Positions 58,965 to 64,000 of a DNA stretch of 64,000 nucleotides are shown here, in pieces. Below the pieces are notes generated by a model that worked only from the letters and a program-made list of their open reading frames with translations, ran no database searches and was not told where the DNA came from. Position 1 is the stretch's first letter; every line of letters begins with the position of its first letter. Position numbers and translations under genes: made by a program. This DNA comes from Mayamaea pseudoterrestris (Eukaryota). The stretch is from positions 434,001 through 498,000 of the forward strand of contig BROI01000014.1 in the NCBI GenBank assembly GCA_027923505.1, read 5' to 3'.

Positions 58965-61900
58965 TGTTGAATCTAGAATATATCTTGCGCGCCCTTGAAG
59001 CGACACTAATGATTAAGCAGAACAGAGTCAATAAAACCACTTTACTTATTTTCTCCAAGAAGTGATCGTCCTCGATCCACTCCTTCGGTTGCCGCTTACC
59101 GCGCTTACTTAAACGTGACCGTCTTCGTGACGTCACCGCTGTCGCTTCGGTTTGGGTTCTCATCCATGCTCAACACACTCCTTTGGGCCGAGTAGTACTT
59201 ACTGCTCGAGGCCAGATTCATAACCAGGTTGCGGAGCTTTCCAAACTGGGCTCCCTGCAATGGTTTCGTAAAGAAATCCGCGACCATGTCTCCGGTCGGG
59301 CAATGCTCAATGTTGACTTCACCAGCAGCCACGCGATCCTTCACAAAGAAGTACCGAACATTCATGTGTCGCGTGCGCTTTGTACTTGAGCTTCTGCCAT
59401 TCTTTTCCAACAGCATTGAACTCATATTGTCTTGATACAATTTCGTGTCCTTGACCCCGAAACCTTGCGCCTTCAGAAAATATCCTGTCCACAGCAACTG
59501 CGGTAGCACATCATGAACTCCCACGACTTCACTCTCCGTCGAGCTTCTTGTTACCAACTTCTGTTTAGCCGACGTACTGTACACTGATCCTTGACCAAGT
59601 GTCATTGTTCCACCAGTGTGACCCTTCATGTCTGGGTGTACCGCGTACGACGCATCCACCCACCACTGGACTATCCCGGACTGGTCCGCCTTCAGCGTCA
59701 ACACCATGTCCACGCTTCCGCGTAAATATTTAATCACTCTTGCAGCCTTCTTATAGTCGTCTTCGTCAGGCTGCTGCAGCCTCGTGCTCAAGAAAGAAAT
59801 CGCTGTGCGAATATCCGGTCGCGCTCGCTGACTCAGATACAGACACTGCATCACAATCGTCACAAAAATCTGCTTCTTTGCTTCGCTCAACATGACTGGA
59901 TTTTCCGAGATCTGAAACAAGTGACTGGCGGCCGGAGTAGCTGCCGTTCCATCCATGTCGTCCGGCGCATGATGAAGGATGTTCTTCACATAGTCAACCA
60001 TGTTGATTGCTACTTCTCCAGGCTTAGTATAGTCCAATACCATGCCGAGGTAGTCGTGCACTTTTCCGCGTGACTTATTCATTGGAGTCTCCTTGCCGAA
60101 CTCCTCATCCATCTGCGCGATGAACTCATCCACTACGCTCACGTCGACGTGTGAAATCTTCAAATCGTCCACGTGCCATCCCACGGTGATTTGCTTTCCA
60201 TTGACAATCTTGTTACACACACACGGATTGTACGGGTTCTTCTCGAAGCCCCACTCAAGCAATTTTGCAGACAGCTTCTCCCAGAATAGTCGTGCTGCTC
60301 GAAGCGTACCATAAAGCGCCATGAGTAATTCGACGTATATGACTTTCTCGCCATTCTCCATTGTGACGCAAGGCTCGTACATCTCGCGATCAATTTCCAA
60401 CAGTAGCTCCACCATCTTCCCAGTGAAACGTACGTGCACCAACTCATCCATTTCCGCTTGCATGAAAGCGCCTGGTACATCAACTACAGCAACCTCGCGC
60501 CCTTCCATAGCGTCAATGATAGCCGTCAGAAATATGGCCTCTGTCGCTATCGTTGGAGATGCTGCGTCTTCCTTTGCAGTGTATGCTCGTTGCTTGCGTC
60601 CATCCGCGCAACCGCGTCCCTTCACTGTCCCGCATCGCTTGCGCTTGAGAAACATCAAATACGCCAGCGCGTCCTTGCGCTGCTGCGGAGTCAGAGTGCA
60701 CTGGGGGACTGCCTTCATGACGTGCCTGTCGTGTAGCTGCTGCATTTCCTTGCGCACTGCCTCCACTCCAGCATCGCCGAAAGCCTTTAAACCTTGTCGC
60801 ATGTTCATCTGTGCCGTGACGAGTGGCTCCGACACTTCCTCTGCAGCGTCGAGCGTGAACAAATGAGCGAACGATCGAGGTTTGCGCGCACGCAGGCCAT
60901 ACCGACCAGTGCGTGGGCCATAGCGCGCATCGAAATCCTCTTCGTCTGCAGCAGCTGGCACTCCTTCAATTTCGCCTTCATCGGGCACTCCTTCAATTTC
61001 GCCATCATCCACGGCCGGCGCGTCGTCAAGTTCGCCGTCAATGGCCTCACCATCACCAGCCTCATCGCCCGGCACTCCTTCGATTGCGCCGTCAGCACCA
61101 TCGTCGTCGTCGCTGTCATCGTCATCGGTCGCATTCACTCCTTCGCTTCCGCCGGCAGAGTCGTCGTCGCCGCGAGAAGCGTCGTCATCGTAATCAGAGT
61201 CATCATCATCCTCGTCGTCATCATCGTGCCACATGACGGGCTCAGCAGCCTCCGCAACACGGTGGCGGTCCATGAACACGATGCCCGGATTGGCCTTCTG
61301 TTGACGAGCGAGACGATGCACGCGCTCAATGACATCATCAGGCATGGGCAAAGGCGTAGCGTGGCCACGATTCAGAATTTTGCCCGAAGACAAACTGAGG
61401 AAATAAAACCCACCCTGCACATTACCAGTCGGGCGCAGAGCCAGCGCACCAATCGTGCGCGCCTGCATGTCATTGCTGTGCGACTCATGCGTTTGCACAT
61501 ACTGACCGAATTCATACTTGCAATGTCGATTAAAGTCAACTGTCTGACCAGTCACAATGGTGCGTGGACTGAGATCCTTGGAAATGCCACGCTCGTGCGG
61601 AAACGCATTCAACCAAAACACGGCAGACTTCGTCATTTCGATAACCAAGCGTGCTGGCACGTGCTTAAACGGTAACGTGTTGTATGTCGCGCGCACCCGT
61701 TCCTTCACGACACGGATAAACCGTTCGATTTCGCCAACGTGCTCATCCTCAGACGTCGCATTGAGCGCCACTCCGAGATCAGCCAACGCGCCCAGCATTG
61801 GAGCAAACTCCCCATCCATCAGAGCCGCGACGACACGGAACCCACCGCGTGCGTAAATCTTCAACACAGACTCGATTGCCTTCAACATAACCGGAAGCGT

Positions 61901-64000
61901 ACGGTTTTGAATCACCTCGACCGTAGCAAAACGAATGCTGCGGGAGAACGTCACCAACATAGGGACCTTGTTGATATACATGATGTCAGCACAAAGAGTA
62001 ACGTCTCGATAGCGACTCATGATAGCCGGTGGAAGCTGCTCAACAATTGCTGGCTTCACCAGATGCGACGCGCGACGCGTCGTCTTTCCTTTTAACGAGC
62101 CAACATCTGGTCCAAAGATGTGCTCAGCAGCCAGGATGTCGGCTTTCGTCACAGGACAGTTCGGCAACTGATTGCTAGTAACGATGCGCAGGTAATCCTT
62201 GAGGCTTGGCCGTCCAATTTTGATTTGCAGTTCCCTAGCTCTAACAGCGCGTAAATAGTCATCATTGGTGTAGTTAGTACGGTTATCGTCTACCGTAGTC
62301 AACATCGCCACTCCATCCTTGACATCACCGCGCTTGCCCTTCGAAAAGCTCTCGCAAACATACAGCCCAGAGTCAGTCTCGACAAACTCGCGCTGCTTAC
62401 CGTCCGGCTTCTCCACGACAAACATTGGACGCTCCACGCCGTGCATGAGATACTCCACGGTAAACTTCTTGCGGACTTGCGCCAAACTCAAAATGTTCGC
62501 CAGTCCCTGCGGATACCACCACACCGGACCATAGCCCTCCAGGTCGCCCATCATGTTCGTCCTTACTGTACCGGCGTTGCACTTGATCACCATCCACGTT
62601 GGCACCGGGCGAATGTTCGTCAGCATCTTGGCGTTGCAGAACAGATCCACTGTCGACTGATTGTCCAAGAGCACAGCCTTCTTCGAGATGTTCACCTTCG
62701 GCGGCTGCGCGAACATGTATCCGACCTCGTCGTCGTCATCGCTATCTTCCTCGCTACCCAGCGTGAAGTGCTGCGCCCCGCTAGCCTCTGCAGCCGGCGC
62801 ACTCTCCGTAGACTCCGTTCTCGTAGGACAGTCTCGCTGCACATGACCAACCTGTTGGCAGGTCCAGCATCTAGGAGGGTCACGCGCTGTACCAGTCGTG
62901 TGAAACGCCACGCCCTCGTTCGTTGGCAACGTGGCTTCTCCATCCGCATGCTCACGACGCTGCATGATGTTGTATGCATCGTGGATTGTCAACGGGAAGT
63001 TGTCGTGCCCGTCGAGGTAGCAGTTGCGCAAGTGCTTGCAATACCCAGCGTATTCGCCCGTTGCGCCACGCACGAAAAGCATCGCAAGCTCGAGCTCTTC
63101 GGCGGCCTTGATATCCTCCTTGTTCGCCTTGTTACGATTGTCATCCTTGGCAATGTTCAATGCCACGATCTCGTTGTGCATCGTGACGCCAACCGCCTTC
63201 GCCACGTCTGCCAGCGTGACCATGCTTTCGTAATATTTCTGCAGGCTTTCGCGCGCTCCTTGAGTACGTCCGAACAACTCAGCTTGAATGTCCACGACTT
63301 GATCCACAAGTTTGCAGCGCCCTTCGTACGTATGCGAGATCTCCTTGATAATCGCCAGCAACTTAATTCCGTCCGTGTCCTCCTCGGCGTCTCGGAACTT
63401 GGCGTGCGACTTGACACGATCCTTCATACGCTCCGTGCATTGTCCATACAACACGGCGTAGATACCAGCGAGGAAGTCGGAGTACACACGCACGCGCTCG
63501 ACATGCTCTTTCTTGTCGGCCTTGTATTCCTCGAGCATTATGGACCAGTCCGAGTCCGTCGTGTCGGCATCCTTCGTTGGACGCGCAGGCTCGTCAGGAA
63601 TCTCCAGTTCCACGTTGCGCATGCCCTTGAGCAGCTCCTTGGTATATTTCTTGTAGGAGCGCCCGACGAAAGTGATGATCTCGTTCGTCGTGCGGATGAA
63701 TCCATCGGGATCGCGCGAACCGTTGTAGTCGTAGATGAATCCAGCGAGCGTCGGCTCGCTTCCTTGGAAATTTCCACTCGGCGCACGACTCGGTCCGTTG
63801 AGTCTGCTACCATTGCCTTGATTCCCGGAACGATTCCCAGCACGATTCCCACGACGATAATGACGGTTGCGTCGGTTTCCTTCGCTTGCTGGCGGAGCGG
63901 GAGGCGCACCTCCACCGCTCGACGCCGCGCTGTGCAGTCGCGAGAAAATGTTGAATCTAGAATATATCTTGCGCGCCCTTGAAGCGACACTAATGATTAA
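58965..64000 (-). mobile_element. Ty1/Copia (CoDi-type) LTR retrotransposon; 3' LTR 58965-59175, 5' LTR from 63949 running off the window
   Basis: 211-bp LTR with TGTTG...CAACA termini. 63949-64000 is identical to 58965-59016. Purine-rich tract AAAGGAG just before the 3' LTR. Confidence 0.95.
59105..63622 (-). CDS. Copia gag-pol polyprotein (frame stays open upstream to the window end)
   Basis: Zn knuckle CWTCQQVGHVQRDC, protease LLDNQST, integrase ADIM/DGEF/EIER, RT DVPGAF...WHVDD, RNase H WVDASY...YQDN...ADFFTKPL. Order PR-IN-RT-RH, no stops. Confidence 0.96.
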   Translation of the reverse strand: MRNVELEIPDEPARPTKDADTTDSDWSIMLEEYKADKKEHVERVRVYSDFLAGIYAVLYGQCTERMKDRVKSHAKFRDAEEDTDGIKLLAIIKEISHTYEGRCKLVDQVVDIQAELFGRTQGARESLQKYYESMVTLADVAKAVGVTMHNEIVALNIAKDDNRNKANKEDIKAAEELELAMLFVRGATGEYAGYCKHLRNCYLDGHDNFPLTIHDAYNIMQRREHADGEATLPTNEGVAFHTTGTARDPPRCWTCQQVGHVQRDCPTRTESTESAPAAEASGAQHFTLGSEEDSDDDDEVGYMFAQPPKVNISKKAVLLDNQSTVDLFCNAKMLTNIRPVPTWMVIKCNAGTVRTNMMGDLEGYGPVWWYPQGLANILSLAQVRKKFTVEYLMHGVERPMFVVEKPDGKQREFVETDSGLYVCESFSKGKRGDVKDGVAMLTTVDDNRTNYTNDDYLRAVRARELQIKIGRPSLKDYLRIVTSNQLPNCPVTKADILAAEHIFGPDVGSLKGKTTRRASHLVKPAIVEQLPPAIMSRYRDVTLCADIMYINKVPMLVTFSRSIRFATVEVIQNRTLPVMLKAIESVLKIYARGGFRVVAALMDGEFAPMLGALADLGVALNATSEDEHVGEIERFIRVVKERVRATYNTLPFKHVPARLVIEMTKSAVFWLNAFPHERGISKDLSPRTIVTGQTVDFNRHCKYEFGQYVQTHESHSNDMQARTIGALALRPTGNVQGGFYFLSLSSGKILNRGHATPLPMPDDVIERVHRLARQQKANPGIVFMDRHRVAEAAEPVMWHDDDDEDDDDSDYDDDASRGDDDSAGGSEGVNATDDDDSDDDDGADGAIEGVPGDEAGDGEAIDGELDDAPAVDDGEIEGVPDEGEIEGVPAAADEEDFDARYGPRTGRYGLRARKPRSFAHLFTLDAAEEVSEPLVTAQMNMRQGLKAFGDAGVEAVRKEMQQLHDRHVMKAVPQCTLTPQQRKDALAYLMFLKRKRCGTVKGRGCADGRKQRAYTAKEDAASPTIATEAIFLTAIIDAMEGREVAVVDVPGAFMQAEMDELVHVRFTGKMVELLLEIDREMYEPCVTMENGEKVIYVELLMALYGTLRAARLFWEKLSAKLLEWGFEKNPYNPCVCNKIVNGKQITVGWHVDDLKISHVDVSVVDEFIAQMDEEFGKETPMNKSRGKVHDYLGMVLDYTKPGEVAINMVDYVKNILHHAPDDMDGTAATPAASHLFQISENPVMLSEAKKQIFVTIVMQCLYLSQRARPDIRTAISFLSTRLQQPDEDDYKKAARVIKYLRGSVDMVLTLKADQSGIVQWWVDASYAVHPDMKGHTGGTMTLGQGSVYSTSAKQKLVTRSSTESEVVGVHDVLPQLLWTGYFLKAQGFGVKDTKLYQDNMSSMLLEKNGRSSSTKRTRHMNVRYFFVKDRVAAGEVNIEHCPTGDMVADFFTKPLQGAQFGKLRNLVMNLASSSKYYSAQRSVLSMDENPNRSDSGDVTKTVTFK

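Noticed and set aside
62441..63982. 513-aa ORF antisense to gag-pol
   Set aside because: No recognisable domain. Readily explained as a shadow of GC-rich codon usage on the coding strand.

Overview
Gene-dense eukaryotic nuclear DNA, most likely from a pennate diatom. This is inferred from the short GT-AG introns, signal+'AF/AW' bipartite plastid presequences and a CoDi-type Copia element; the species cannot be determined from sequence alone. The window holds about 30 protein-coding genes, one tRNA-Leu(AAG), a near-identical 4,241-bp tandem duplication (asparaginase + LRR-like gene + 5' end of a RING gene) and a nest of LTR retroelements at the right end. Main oddities: (1) single in-frame TAG codons inside two otherwise intact genes, CDC5L (at a conserved Lys) and a GCNA/SprT-like gene; (2) a V-ATPase c-like proteolipid lacking the proton-carrying Glu; (3) a putatively plastid-targeted DHH-(EF-hand pair)-DHHA1-CBS protein resembling the N-terminal half of cyanobacterial A-adding tRNA nucleotidyltransferases; (4) an ING N-terminal domain joined to an SGF29-type tandem Tudor instead of a PHD finger; (5) a Copia element with no AUG ahead of the conserved Gag start, whose LTR is an open frame in phase with gag-pol, inserted into the 3' end of an older LTR element. 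All family assignments come from my recognition of motifs, not from database searches.
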